A stretch of 45,981 bases of DNA. Source: Perkinsus olseni (lineage: Eukaryota). Location of the stretch: positions 62,001-107,981 of the forward strand of contig JABANN010000042.1 of NCBI GenBank assembly GCA_013115125.1. The letters run 5' to 3'. The translations under genes and the position numbers were made by a program. Below the pieces are notes generated by a model. It ran no database searches and was not told where the DNA came from. It saw only the letters and a program-made list of their open reading frames with translations. This document shows, in pieces, positions 9,549 through 22,093 of this stretch (positions within the stretch are counted from its first letter, which is position 1; each line of letters opens with the position of its first letter).

Positions 9549-12500
9549 ATGGGGTGGTAGGGGACTGATCGTGTTGGTCAAGTAGGGCCACACAGCAGAA
9601 GGGCAGCAGCAGCAGCAGCAGCAGTGGACGGGGATCATCCCGGCCTCTCGGAACCAACCAGGCTGCTGCTATCAATACCACATCTCCGCCTACTCACAGT
9701 CAGCGTCCGACCTTTACTGTAGTGTGCAGAAGGAGGGATATCCTCTGATGGTCCTTCCTCTGGCCTCAGAATGGCCCTCCCTCCTCTCGGATGGAGGAAC
9801 CCCGTCCCGAGCAGGGTCAGCTGCCCCCACTACCTACTGCCCTACCCAAAGTACTACCATCGCTGAGTGCTCGAGGAGAGGGCCGGGTCCCCGCGCTGGA
9901 CCTGGCCAAGGCAGGGCCCATCCCTACGCTATCCCTTACTAACAGCGGAAGCCACTCCAACAGAGCACCGCCCACTGGGGGGACCTTGACCAGGTTCGGG
10001 AAAAGGGATTCTTGGAACTGTGGACGTGGTGATGGTCAGATCTTCGAGGAGACTACATCTTCGTAAATCTGGGAGGACTTCGGCTGGCCAGCCTCCCACC
10101 TACTCCTCCACGGCCACTCGAGATCGGTCTACTCGGGCCAACACTCCCTCCTCTCACCGAGCCTCGCTGAACATTCATGGTAGGCTGCTAAGGATACCTC
10201 CCTCCATACCACTCCTTCCAGGAATCATCGCCGAAGAAGGCCTACCGTCGGCTCTATTGCCAAGTAGCACCGACAGAGACCCTAGAAGGGAGTTGAAGGA
10301 AGAGGCTCAGGTAAGCATCGGCCCTCGAAGCCTGAAAACCCCTCCTTGATCTCAGCTGGTCGGGGAGTTGGCCTTTCTCGGGGACCTCACCTGTCTTGCC
10401 AAGCTGCACCACCAGAAGGAGCTCTTCGCTGAGGTCGATAGAGAGCTGGACCGTATCGGTGAAGAGGCTGAGCCTCCCTCCTCTCCTTTGGGCGTCGATG
10501 AGGGGTCTCTCACCTCACCCAGGCTGCGGCTGCTGAACCCCTCGAAGCCGCTCAGGCTTAGCGAGTGGGGCGAAGTACGACGACTGCTACTGGCTATGAT
10601 GATGGCTCGAGTCCCTATTGACAAGCTGCCGATACCCCTACTGTGGGACATGCTGGTCCCTGGCCTAGAGACCCTCCCTTTACCACTGCTGATGGCCACG
10701 GACTTCCCTGAGCGTATGAGGGTTGATGGTGAATGCCCGTGCATACAGAGGGCTGAGCCTTGCCTGTGTCTGAGCCCGGAGGAGTGGAGGCAGGCCTGGC
10801 GTGGCCTCAAGCGTCACCGGTCCAAGGCGCGCGACCAGCTCTCTCAGTGAGGTTGCCTAAGATTCACTGCGCTACGGTATGCTGTCGCAATCAGGTCGAG
10901 CGTCGCCAACCCCTTCGCTGACCCTCTCCTGAGATCGATCTGCTCCGGAGTCAGCGAGAGGCTACATCGGATGGAGAGGGAGGAGACGAGGGAGGGCCTG
11001 CTGGGTATACCCGAGGGGGTGGAGGAGCAGCTCATCCTGCTAGGTAGGTGATGGTGGTGGTGATAGGGGCACGGTTCAACCTGTTGGCAGGGGAATACAT
11101 GAGAAGGGCGGTCTACCCTGGAACCTGCGCTGCCCAGGCTCTGGCTGCTGTGCTGCCAACGCTGGTAAGGAAGGCACAGTGGAGGGCATCTGAGCTAGGT
11201 CTGGGTGGGTTCGAAGGCGTGTTGGAGCGATGAGATGATGAGCTCATTATCAAGTTCTTCCCCGATACTGGGCGCATTCCGTGTTCCTTCCCGGTTGACA
11301 CCCATTACCGGAGTAAGCCATCCACTCCCAGGTTGAAGTGAAGGGGCTACTCAAGGCCTTCCACGTTGAAGTCAGGAAGCAGAACGAGGCTCGAGCTACG
11401 GCAGAACGTAGGGGCCTAGCCATTGGAGAGGCTACAACCACTTCTCGCAGTCCGTGCTGGGTCCTTGGACAGCCTCAGCCCCATGCAGTCGATGAGGACC
11501 CCTCGGCCAGGGGACCTCTACCGGTGGAGGCGTCTGATGATCGCCCTAGCCTGGACTGCCTCCGCCCTACTGGACTGCTCCGATGCCGTCATGGCTGAGG
11601 GAATCCTAGCAACCCTGCTAGGTGATGACCTCGCGGCAACCTAGACTGTCCACGCTAGTCTCAGATATCCCAGTGGCTGCCTCCTCGTCCGAGGTTATGT
11701 CTCCGTCGTCACCGGACTCCCTCCGCCCGGTGGGAACTTCGCCTCCCCTGTATAGCCTTCTCACTCCAGTCCTGGCTGCTGCCTTCTTCCCTGAGTCGGT
11801 TGAGGACTCCGGGTTGTGGGTGCATCCTGAGGTTGAAGACAGAAGACTGGCTTTGGACCGGCTGAGGCTACTCACCACAATAACAGCCATCCTCAACGTC
11901 ATTCGTAGAGCACTAGGGTCGACCAAAGGTACCCCTACAGTGTAAGCCTTCCCCCACCAACCCTCCCAGCGGTCTGTCTATAAGGTACGTACCCCTGGCA
12001 ACCCGACTGCGGTCGGCCTGGGCTGCCATCGCCCAGCACTCGGCCCCGGTCATCATGGGCACATGGATGGCCTCGATCTTCGCCTATGGTACCGGTGTCG
12101 TACCGAGGTAGAGGAGGGGGGGGGGGCTGGGAGGGGGTCCAATCTATTAGGCTCCTTCAGGTTCCTCACCTCCCGTACCCCTCTTCACCGACTGGTTGGG
12201 GCAACGACTCCGGAGACGCTGCTAGAGTTGAAGCTGGCCGAGGCCGAAACGGCTCTGTTCTCGATCCCTGCGGAGCTGAACGATTTCCTAGTGGATCCCC
12301 ATGTGGGGTGGTAAGAAGCCTCTCCCGCAGGAGCCCCCTCCTCGCCCTCGGGCAGGTACATCCACCACCACTATTCCCGCTTCATCCGCCTCTACCGTAG
12401 ACGTCCCGTTGACTCGAGCGTCCCATCACCATCGGCTGGCTCCCCCTCCAGCACTTCCTCGTATGCCTCCACAGCACCACCATGCCAACAGGAAGCGCCC

Positions 12501-15500
12501 GTCGACGACTCACTGGCAGTGGCCCAGCTAGGAGTCCTCAGGGCCTTAGCTGGAGCCCGCAGCCCCGGTGCTAGGTAGCCAGAAGGCAGTCGCTGCCTAA
12601 GGGTCGTTGGTAATGTCGTGCAGGAAGAAGTTCCATTCCTTGCGAGTGGTGGACTTCCTCTGCGGGGAGGTCGACTTGGAGCATGCCGCCTACCACATGG
12701 AGGGACGGTACTAGGAGGAGGGATGCTGAACTCTGGTGATTACGGGGAATTTTGGTAGGTATCGCGAGTTCACCAGTCGAGGGGGACAGGGTAGTCGTAG
12801 TGCCAGTGATGCTGAGGTGAATAATTGGCCGACGCTGTGTGACGAGGGTACTGTTCTGAACGATCTCAGGGATCCTCCGATGGCAGCAGTGGTATCTCCT
12901 CGGAAAGATACCATCGGGCAAGGGGCTTTGAGGTAGGCTTGGCGTAGGAAGAGAAGATGCATCGTCGGTGATACACTGCGCCACAGCACTCCCCGTCGAA
13001 AGACGTCCCTGCTCGTGCCACCCAGCAGGAGGCCGACTATCCTAAGGTGGGACTCCTCCTCCTCCTCCTCCTCAACCTCTCCTTCGGCTCGCTTGTTGGT
13101 TCAGGTTCCACGCAAAGTGATGGTGCCGGGTCTGTCCTTCACTGGCCTAGCTCCCTCCACGCAGGGGTGTGCAGCTCTGCTGGGTGCCGCACCCGCCGAG
13201 GAGGTGATGGGGCCCGGTGCAGACTACTCCACCATCACCGTCATCTCCAGGTCAGCAGAGACCCCACCGCCACAGCAGCCGTCGGAGGTGGGGGCAGCGA
13301 GGAGGAGCCCCTCGTACCCCCACCCACGGCCCTCCCACCGGCCACCCATGCTGAAGACAAGGACTACAGAAGGAGCTGTAGGGAGCGGTTGGTGTGCGGG
13401 CTCTCGTGCAGTCGTTGAGATATTGTTGTTGTTGTTTTTGCAATAGTGTCGGCCCCGTTGCCTCCACCAGTTTCCTATTCTGACTGTGGGGATGTAGCCC
13501 AGGAAGACGGTAGGAGCAGCAGCAGCCAGCCTGAGCGCCCCATCCACCATAGGTCGTATAGAGGGCAGCGGGTCCTCCTCCTCCTTGTCGTCATCATCAT
13601 CATCAACATCGTCATCAAGTCCTTGTAGCAGTCGGCTGCCTGCGGCCACGGCCCTATCACCGCCCGTCGTGCCCCGGCTGGCCTTCCAGGGTGACCTCCC
13701 CTCCCTTCCCCCTTCTCATCATCAGGCAAAGTCAGGTCTACCACCCTCAGTGCAGGGACCCGGCGGCCTGGGGATCGACCCGACCCCTCCCGAGTATGTT
13801 CCCGGAGGGTTGGCTACGGAGTCCCCTCACGCTCCGGAGCCTCCTGGGCAGGTGCATGAGGGCACGCCATGGGCTTGGTAGCGATGAGCCTATCAGATAT
13901 TGCCCCTGACCACGATCGATGACGCTGAAGGGTGCCGAGGGACTGGCCGGGCTACAGCGGGTGAGGGTCCTGGTCGAGGACGTCGTCATTGACACGATGG
14001 TCGTAGTCAGGTCTTGGGAGGCCTAGGCTCACTCATTCGGAGCTCTTCTACGACTGCGGGCGGAAGTGTCGGAGACTTTACCGTTCGGAGGAGCTCCAGG
14101 AAGGCAAGGGAGGGTCGCCCAATGACGGTATTATCATCATTACTATTGAAGCCTTTCAGGGGTCCTACACCTGCTGCTTCTGCTACTGCTGTCCGCCACT
14201 CGAGGCACCCTGGACTGCCGCTACTCCGACCAGTTCCCAGCGCTCAACGGCAAAGTGAACGTCCTCTTCATGCTTAGTGTGCATCTCAGTCACCAGTCTA
14301 ACAGCGGGGTAGTAGCATCGTACGGTGATAGGGGAGGGCGGCTCACCATCAGGCTTTGCGCCGCCTCCGTCATCACGAGGGCCTTCCTTCCATTCGAAGC
14401 TGCCCCGCCTCCCCTCACCGTGGTCTCTTCCGCCTTCTGAAGCTACTGGCCCCGGGCAACTTCCCTCAGTGGATCTACGCAGGTGAGCCACCACCATCCC
14501 ATGTCTCGGGTCGCCAAGGACGAGAGCAGATATGAAGGTCGTGGGTGGTGGGGCCTTCGGGACTGTCTATCGCTGTGAGACGGTCCTTGATGGCGGTGAC
14601 GATGAGGTGGTGGCGGTGAAGCTGGTCAGCCGCAATCCCAACATCAGTGACAGGTCCTCGCCTTCACAGCCCCGGGCCCCCTCCTCCTGAGCCCCCCCTC
14701 TTCAGGTGCGTTCTGTATGATGTCTTTAACGAGGTTACCTGCCTGGAGGAGGGCCGCTTCGACGACTACATGGCCGAGATCTTCGACTATGGTCCTGATG
14801 AGCATCGGGACTGCTGCTGACGGAGGACCTCTCAGGTTACGATGGCTGCTCTTATTGGATCATCATGCGCTTTTACGACATGACTCTGACAGCCTGGCGA
14901 TCGAGGCTCGCTCAACCCCTAGGGGGCAACCTACCCGACCTGCTGCAGGTGGGCGATGGCACTACTACCGGGGTCAGCCGTCTTGTCGACAGGCCTACCG
15001 GAAGGTCCTCACTGCTGTCGGGAAGCTGCACAGAGACGGTCTGGTCCACTACGACCTCAAGTGCGACAACATCATGGTACCTTCACCACAGCTAGGAGGA
15101 GGCTAGGAGAGTTCAGGTCCTGGACACCCATCCCCGTCGTGGCAGTCAGCCGACGAGTACCGCCCGAGGCAGCAGCAGCAGCGGCATCGCGGTGGTATTG
15201 GCTGATTTTGGAGAGAGTCGTGTCTTGGAGGGGCCGCAGAACACGGATGTAGGCCTTCGTTCGTCCCTCGGCCGCAGTGCCTCCTCAGCTCTGCGTCCGC
15301 AACCGCGGCACGGAGTTTGTGAAGCCACCGGAGATGCTCACGATGGAGCGGGCACTACGGCGGGATGAGTGAGTCTGTCTAGCGGGGGCCCTTGGCAGTG
15401 GCCTTCCTCTCTCTCAGCGCGGCCTTCGACCGGCGTAGGAGTGTTGGGACCACTACAGCCAGCGACGTATGGAGCCTCGGGTGTATGCTGTATGAACTTA

Positions 15501-17864
15501 TCACCGGTAGGAGGCCGCCGCCGCCGCCGACGCCGAACGCCTCTGCAGCCATCCAGTCATGCTGCTGGTCAGGACAGTACCTGTTCTACAATGATGATTG
15601 GATACGCTTCTTCATGCGGCTCACTGGAGGCCTCACCGGCCGGGGGGTCGAGGGAGGCCGTCATGGCTCCCCGGCCACGGCGATGCCGTTGGACATTCTC
15701 ACTGAGGAAAATATCGAGAAGTTGGACAACAACTCCTCCCTTTGCGATTTCATCAGGCAGGGCGGGTGGCCTTGACAGGATCAGACCCGCTGCTGTCGTA
15801 GGTTCATGCTGGTCCGAGAGCCCCAGTGCCGCCCGACCGTGGCGGCCATCCTCCACCGCTTCCAGAGGGTCTATGCTGCCGTCCAGCTAGAGCGCGGCAT
15901 CCGCCCTCACACCTGGCGGAGTCGACACTCTCATGACTACCCCTTCTCCCCATCGACGACAGACCCGAGGGTTCTTCCTATCCCGGGCGAAGCTAACGTG
16001 AGAAGGCCACCGTGGTTGTTAGTCACAGTCGACCTTCCTTCAGGCGGCGCTCGAGATGAGCACTGTCAGTAGCGCGCGCCACTCCCCTGCTGCTGCTTCG
16101 CGGCAGTCCACCCCTCCTCCTTCTGCGGCTTCTACCCGACTGGCGTACCTTCCTGATGATATCGTCGAGGCCCCTGCCGGCTTCGAGGTTGAGCCGAGAC
16201 TTTCTAGAGTGTTTGAAGACACCCTCCTGCTGACAGTTCCACCACAATCGAACTTCGTCCCCGAGTCGCTGGTACGCGAGGCCCTCCCGACCCACGTCAT
16301 CGATCTGCGCCCCTCCAACGAGCCCAACCTCTCCGGCTTCCCGGCGACGGTCACCTGCGTGAGGGCATCCTGGGGTCACCTCGAGAGGGGCTCCAGGCGA
16401 TCGACAAGGACCTTCATCAATAACGTACCACTCCTTTTCGACTTCGCACGATCAGCGGCCGCCTCGCGAGGCCGTCTGTTCCTGATCGACACCGGTCATG
16501 TCGCAATGGCCTTCCTCGCCCTAGTGGTCTCCGAGGGCCACCGTCTGAGTATGTATCGGGCTCTGTGTCTCCTCCTCTCACGTCACTTGAGTCCGCTAGA
16601 CCAGCCCTACCCCCGACTCATCATGGCCATGGCAAAGTGGCAGCAGGGCCGCTTCCTGGCTTGGGCCCATCAGGATGCTTTGCTAGCTAATGGCTGTATG
16701 ACTGGCAGCTGCCTTTGTGGGGTCTGCTGCTGGATACTCCGAACCTCTGCCGTGCGGTCCATCGTCCCCTTCCGGGGCATCATACACGATGACGTCCCAA
16801 CGATAGTCACCTGCCGCTGCTCTCCTGCGGAGCCGGTCAAGGCCTGCGCCAACCTCTACAGCTGCGCTGCCTACTGTCAATACCTGAGGTCTATGGAGGG
16901 GGGCGACAGTGACCCTAGTGACGCGGCCGTCTGGCTGTGGCTCCCTGCTACTCTCAATAAGGATGGCGAGGTCAAGCACTGCCCCTTCTTCCGACGCACC
17001 AAAGGGGCTGAGGTCTCCCGGGGTCTCGATGGCAGCGCGGTGGCAGCCCGGAAGAAGGGAGGAGCCGTCCCCTGCCAAGCGGGGAAGCCCAACGCCTCGG
17101 TGATGATGTCGAGGATGTACAGGTATGACCTCCTCCCTTCGGGCAGTCCCTGGCAGCGGCGGCCCTTAGGTGCGTCTATTGTCGTGTACTGTCGCACGCT
17201 GTGGTCTCCGTCAATAGTGGTGGCGGTAAGCGCGGTATAAAGGAGCGGGGATGGGTGGTCCTCAACCTCACCAATGATGCTCATCGTCTGCGTGAGCTTC
17301 ACGATGCGCCGCCACGAAGGAGGCTGGGCGACAGGCCACCGTAAGTTCATTGAGCATTCACAGCCAGGCATTTGTTATCGCGTGACAGGGACTTCAATCC
17401 CGACCTCAACTCCTCGGAGGACCGGGTCTTCTCTAGCTTAGCACCATCATTGCGCGGTAGTCTTAGCGGTACTGCAAGCTCAGCGACGCCAGCAGGTCCG
17501 AAGTACCACTTGGGAAACTAGGAGGGGTCACTTTCTGCTAGGTTCGAGGAGGAGTGGTATTGATGCAGCTAGGGAGATTCGCCCTGTTGGTGGAACCCCT
17601 GCTGCGGCGACTAGTGAGGACGAGGAATACTACTACCCTTCCAGTGGGGCCCTTTCCAGTCATCAACGCTGCTTCTTTCCTGCCGTTGTAGATACTATCG
17701 GATGGGATCTGAGTCGGCAGTCGTTGGCAGAGCTGCTGCTGCCACAACCACCCTGTCCGGAACTTAATAGATTACTCTGTGCCATACTACCCAACCTGAG
17801 GTCGTCGTCCAGTCTGCAGCAACGGACAGCCGGAAATGGAGGGCTTCCACGGAAGGGATGCTAA
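9549..17864 (+). CDS. Very large multi-exon Ser/Thr protein kinase with a phosphatase-like and a Cys-rich C-terminal region
   Basis: Kinase motifs GGGAFGTVY, VAVK, HYDLKCDNIM, LADFGES, RGTEFVKPPEML, SDVWSLGCMLYEL at ~14540-15860. The spliced start gives MGATQQK. Boundaries are approximate and it could be two genes. Confidence 0.8.
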
Positions 17865-18672
17865 CCATGTATATTAATGAACATTGACAGATTTCATATC
17901 GTCATACTCGTTGTGTTTAGAAGGTAAACTATTTTCACAGTGGAAGCCGGCTCGCGACAACGGGCACGTCCGCCTTGCGATACGCTCGAGGGCCGATGCC
18001 ACAGGCCTAGGGCTTCGAGACCACCCCACATCGCAGCGTCGGGGTGTGCATCAGTTTCCAGCGCCGTCACGGCTTACACTTGATGCGCTAGCCACTCAAC
18101 GATGACTCTGCGTTCCGCTGCCACAACGAGCGGAAGGAACTGAGCAGCCCATCTCATTCCCTTATCTCCAACGACATCGTACCGTTGTTCGTAGATATGC
18201 AAAAACCGTTCATAAAACCGTTGTTTTGTGCAATTTAGCGTTTGTCGGCTGCTCATCACTTTTTTGTTGTGATTCCTACTGCGGATTATTGGCTCGATGT
18301 ACATCCAAAAGTGGTCGCAGGTTCGACCCCCGGATAAGATATTTCCTTCTTTCTCACTATTTCCTCAGTATTACATACCAATCAACGTAGTGGGAAAACA
18401 ACATTTGCTCGGCCGTGAAGCACTCATGAACGATCTACACTCCCTTGGTGCTGCATCGAAAACAGGATTTACGACATTCCTCTTTGCCATCGACTTGAGT
18501 TCAGCAGTGCAACCGAGGTATGATAACGCTAATCACCGAACTCGAGGATGCGCATGCAGTAGCATCCAAGCTGATTTTAATCCGTAAAGTAACTTGTACG
18601 CAACACCCAGGTAGCCAACGCAGCACAAACGACGAAACTAATGGTCAAAGAAACTCAGTCTACTACCGCCAT

Positions 18673-21114
18673 TCAGAAGGCACCAGCAAACATAGAGAGC
18701 CTCTCATTACGCAGCTTCACACGCATCACTTCCAGCTGCTCGTTCATGTGAGTAATATACTCCTGAAGATGGATCAGATTATAGAAAACCGTCCGAAGCG
18801 TCTCCTCCAACGCTTACGTTAGCTCGTGGGTCAGCACTAGCGTCGGTGGGCACAGCCTGGATGGAGCTCTCGGTCAGCATCTGATAGACGACAGACAGTC
18901 CATTGACGAGGTCGAAGGTGGCAAGATTCATACCGGGAATCCGACCTTGTTGTTGATCTTTGTGTAGAGCTCCTCCAAGCGGGCCATCTCCTTCTCATTG
19001 AGAGCCGACCAGTCGTATCTGCCCTCCCACTATTGAGCCACCCCAACCATCCTCCTCTACTACCCTCCCTTTGCCTTAGCCTTCTGTGCAAGGCCTTTAA
19101 CCTCATCAGCCTCTGCCCTAGTCACCATATACTGCCTCTCAAAGTCCCTTTCACCTGAATGGCAGCAAGCCTGCTTCTACCGATGGTCCCGTCGCAGTAC
19201 TTCTCTTCTTATCGAACGCCAATCTTTGTATCAACGTACCCTTCTGATCCGCCTGAGAGCAGTACCACGGTCGAACCGCGTTACCTGAGCTGCACCCTTA
19301 CAGAAGCCTTTGAGACATCCTGCGTCTTGAGCTCCTTGAAGGAGTTCACGAAGTGGTTCTTGACAGGGTCCTTCGACCTACCTTAAATCACTACCGTTAC
19401 TACACCAACTCGTCGCCCCTACGCGTCCACAGTTTCTCCCGCCAGCTGAGCGATGGCAGTGTTGAAGCTTTCCTTTTGCATCTTAGGATCAGTCGGGAAC
19501 ATATCGCGGAAAGAGGAGGCTGTCTCTCGGACGAGGATTTCTGATGCGGACGATGGAGGTCACGTCGGGCCTCGCCAGTAGGGCATCTCCTCCTACCTTG
19601 CATAGAGGCGGCCATGTTATGCTCGGACCTCTCTATGTTCTGGAGCTGATGGAGGACTCTATTGGTGACCTGGTGAGAGGTTACGGTCGCAATTGTAGCA
19701 TAAAACCTACATCATGCTTCTGCTTCTGAAGGAGCGCATGACGATACTGCGCCAGGCGATCTGCGGACTCCCTCTTGAAAGCCTTGAGATAGTTGACGCA
19801 CCTACTCACATGAATGGACCAAGTCGTCTTCCACTACAAGCTACATCGAATCGTTAGTGAAGCGGGACATGTTCTTGAGTATCTTATCCTCGCCCTCCAT
19901 CACCCCAGCCGCGGTCTTCTGCTCCGCCATGAACTCATTACTACAAGCAGGAAGGTTGCATGAGAGGGAGAGGGTGGTGAAGCCTGGTCTCACCGTCTCC
20001 AGACACGATTGGCCATTCTCGAGAAAAGGTACCAGCAGCTGACGAACCACAGAGAAAAACCATAGGTCTTCATGTAGAAAAGGTAGTTGTAGAAGGGGAA
20101 GTTCTTGAAGATGTACCTGCCAGGGATAGTCAGAAGAAATTACCGCAGCAGGCCTACCATCCACCCGCGAAGATCAACCAGTGGTCTCTCAGGAAGCCCT
20201 TTCGTTTAACCTGACGGAAGCAATGATGCCGCCGTGCCAGAGTGCCGACCCTCACCTTCTCATAGTCGAGCTCACCGATATGACTCTTCTCCATACGACT
20301 GCGGAGGCAGAACTTGTAGGTGTCCTCCTCCGGAACGTCGAAGAGGACCGAGAGCTCCGGATAGTGAAAGCGGTAGTCCGATGGGAAGGTAGCTTGGATG
20401 GCATTCCGTTCTGAAGTGCGCTACTACCTCATACCACTCCAACCGTAACAAAAGTACCTTTCTCGGTGTACCCATTCTTCCACATAAGAGCCAACAGCTC
20501 ATCCGTGGTTAGAAAAATATCGTTCTCTACAGTGAGACCGTCCTTGCACCTGGCCAGGTAATGCTGAATACTCTATACCGCTCCAAGCCGAAATACCGTT
20601 GGTAGAACTCCCGGAAAGCCTCTTTACGTCCTTCTTGGTCCGTGACCAACTTAAGATACCTGCAACTCATAGTGAAGGCAGCAGTACTACCGTCTCCTCT
20701 AGTACCGTATGAAGAGAGGGACATCCTTGGTAAACTTGGCCAGTTGATCTCTCGCCGGCATGTAGAGTAGTAGGTCATCCCAAGTAGTGTTCTCGTTGTA
20801 GGGTCGGGTTATCTTGTACCTACACCGCCATCGTCATCATCAACAGCAGTGGATGTCGGGTACTGGCCCTACTTAGTAACGAAAACGCCGCCTGGGCCCG
20901 AGAGTTGAGGGATGGTAACGCCGAAACCCATACCGTTAGTGAAGGTCGACGAATGACGGACCTAGTGGAAGTTAGGAATGGTGTGGTATGACGGTAGCGA
21001 TTCTTCCAGAGTGACGATTCTTACCTGGGCCGACGTTAAGGCAGCGACTGTCGTTGTTCTGCCTAGGGCGGAATAAGCCGCTACGGGCCGTACATACGCA
21101 GCCTTCGACAACAT
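18673..21114 (-). CDS. Mitochondrial ATP synthase F0 subunit b, myzozoan/apicomplexan type
   Basis: Spliced translation includes YKITRPYNENTTWDD, FTKDVPLFIRYLK, ELLALMWKNGY, FPSDYRFHYPELSVLF, DPVKNHF and KINNKVGFP, matching my recollection of Toxoplasma subunit b. Presequence MLSKAAYVRPVAAYSALGR. More than 10 short introns. Confidence 0.85.
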
Positions 21115-21282
21115 CCTCAAAGGGTAAGGGAGAAAAAAGAGGAGAGCACCAACTGCAGTAGCAAGATAGGTAGCAAAACTCTGCGTGGAGGAATTGCAAG
21201 ATTGCAAGATTGCCGATCCTCGCCATCACTACCTTAGTGAAAGATCCATTACTTCCCCAGTGTAGTCTTACACCGGTAGTGT
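21115..21282. promoter_or_regulatory. Candidate bidirectional promoter between two OXPHOS genes, containing an ATTGCAAG tandem repeat at 21193-21213
   Basis: Only 168 bp separates the divergent ATGs; the direct repeat attgcaag-attgcaag-attgc is visible. Confidence 0.5.
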
Positions 21283-21921
21283 ATGCTCTCCTCGGCCGTA
21301 CAGAAGAGTGGCAGAAGGGTCCTCCCCAACACAGTGGCCGCCACCAGAGGCCTCTTCGCAGCCTCGGGTAAGTACCGCTTTCCTGGCTGCGCGTCCAGAG
21401 TGTCTTACAGCCCCTCGCTTCACTTGGACTGAGATCTGGTGGGAGCACGATCCGACTCCTAAGGTGGCCCAGTACAGGCCTTACGTTTGTACTGTGGAGT
21501 CTGGCAAGGTGGTATCCGGTTTTCCAGGCAAACCTACAGTCACGTCCCTCAGGTTTATTGGTGGTGCGCGTGTGGCGAATCTAAGACCCAGCCCTGGGTG
21601 GACGGCCACTGCAAATGCTCCAGAAGGGAAGGGGTGAGGACTCCTCAGTCTACATCTCATCATGGCGTCTCCTTAGGGTTTTCGTCCCCGCCGCTGGGAG
21701 CCCGAGCACTCTGGTGTGAGGCTGTTCTGTGGCTGCAAATCCTGCTTCAGTTCCCCTACTTGGAACGGAGGATGCTTTACTAAGTACGCTATCCCATTGC
21801 CCAGCCAGCCTCAGTACGCCCCTTCAGGTGGATGCAGTCCAACCCGGCCGGCGGTATGGTCTACTGCTTTGCTGCGGCGTTCTGTTTCGGCACGGTGACG
21901 TCGTGGTGGTTCCACCCCTGA
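21283..21921 (+). CDS. CDGSH/MiNT-like protein, probable complex IV subunit ApiCox13 homolog
   Basis: Five exons give MLSSAVQKSGRR...PKVAQYRPYVCTVESGK|VYWWCACGESKTQPWVDGHCKC...SGVRLFCGCKSC...WMQSNPAGGMVYCFAAAFCFGTVTSWWFHP*, ending in a TM segment and FHP. Confidence 0.8.
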
Positions 21922-22093
21922 ACGCTCCTTGATGACCTCAACTCGTACATCTGTTGCCTAGAGGCATCAGTCGTATTATTATCTCGGTATGTGATGGTAT
22001 TGCTCATGAGGGGACTTTACAGCCTTTTTGACGACTAAGGACTTGTGTTGACTAGTACACGAGGGAAGAGAGGGCGAAGAGCTTTCCATTGTG

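Noticed and set aside
13050..13620. (CTC)n, (GTT)n and (CAT)n runs
   Set aside because: Ordinary low-complexity tracts within the kinase gene region.
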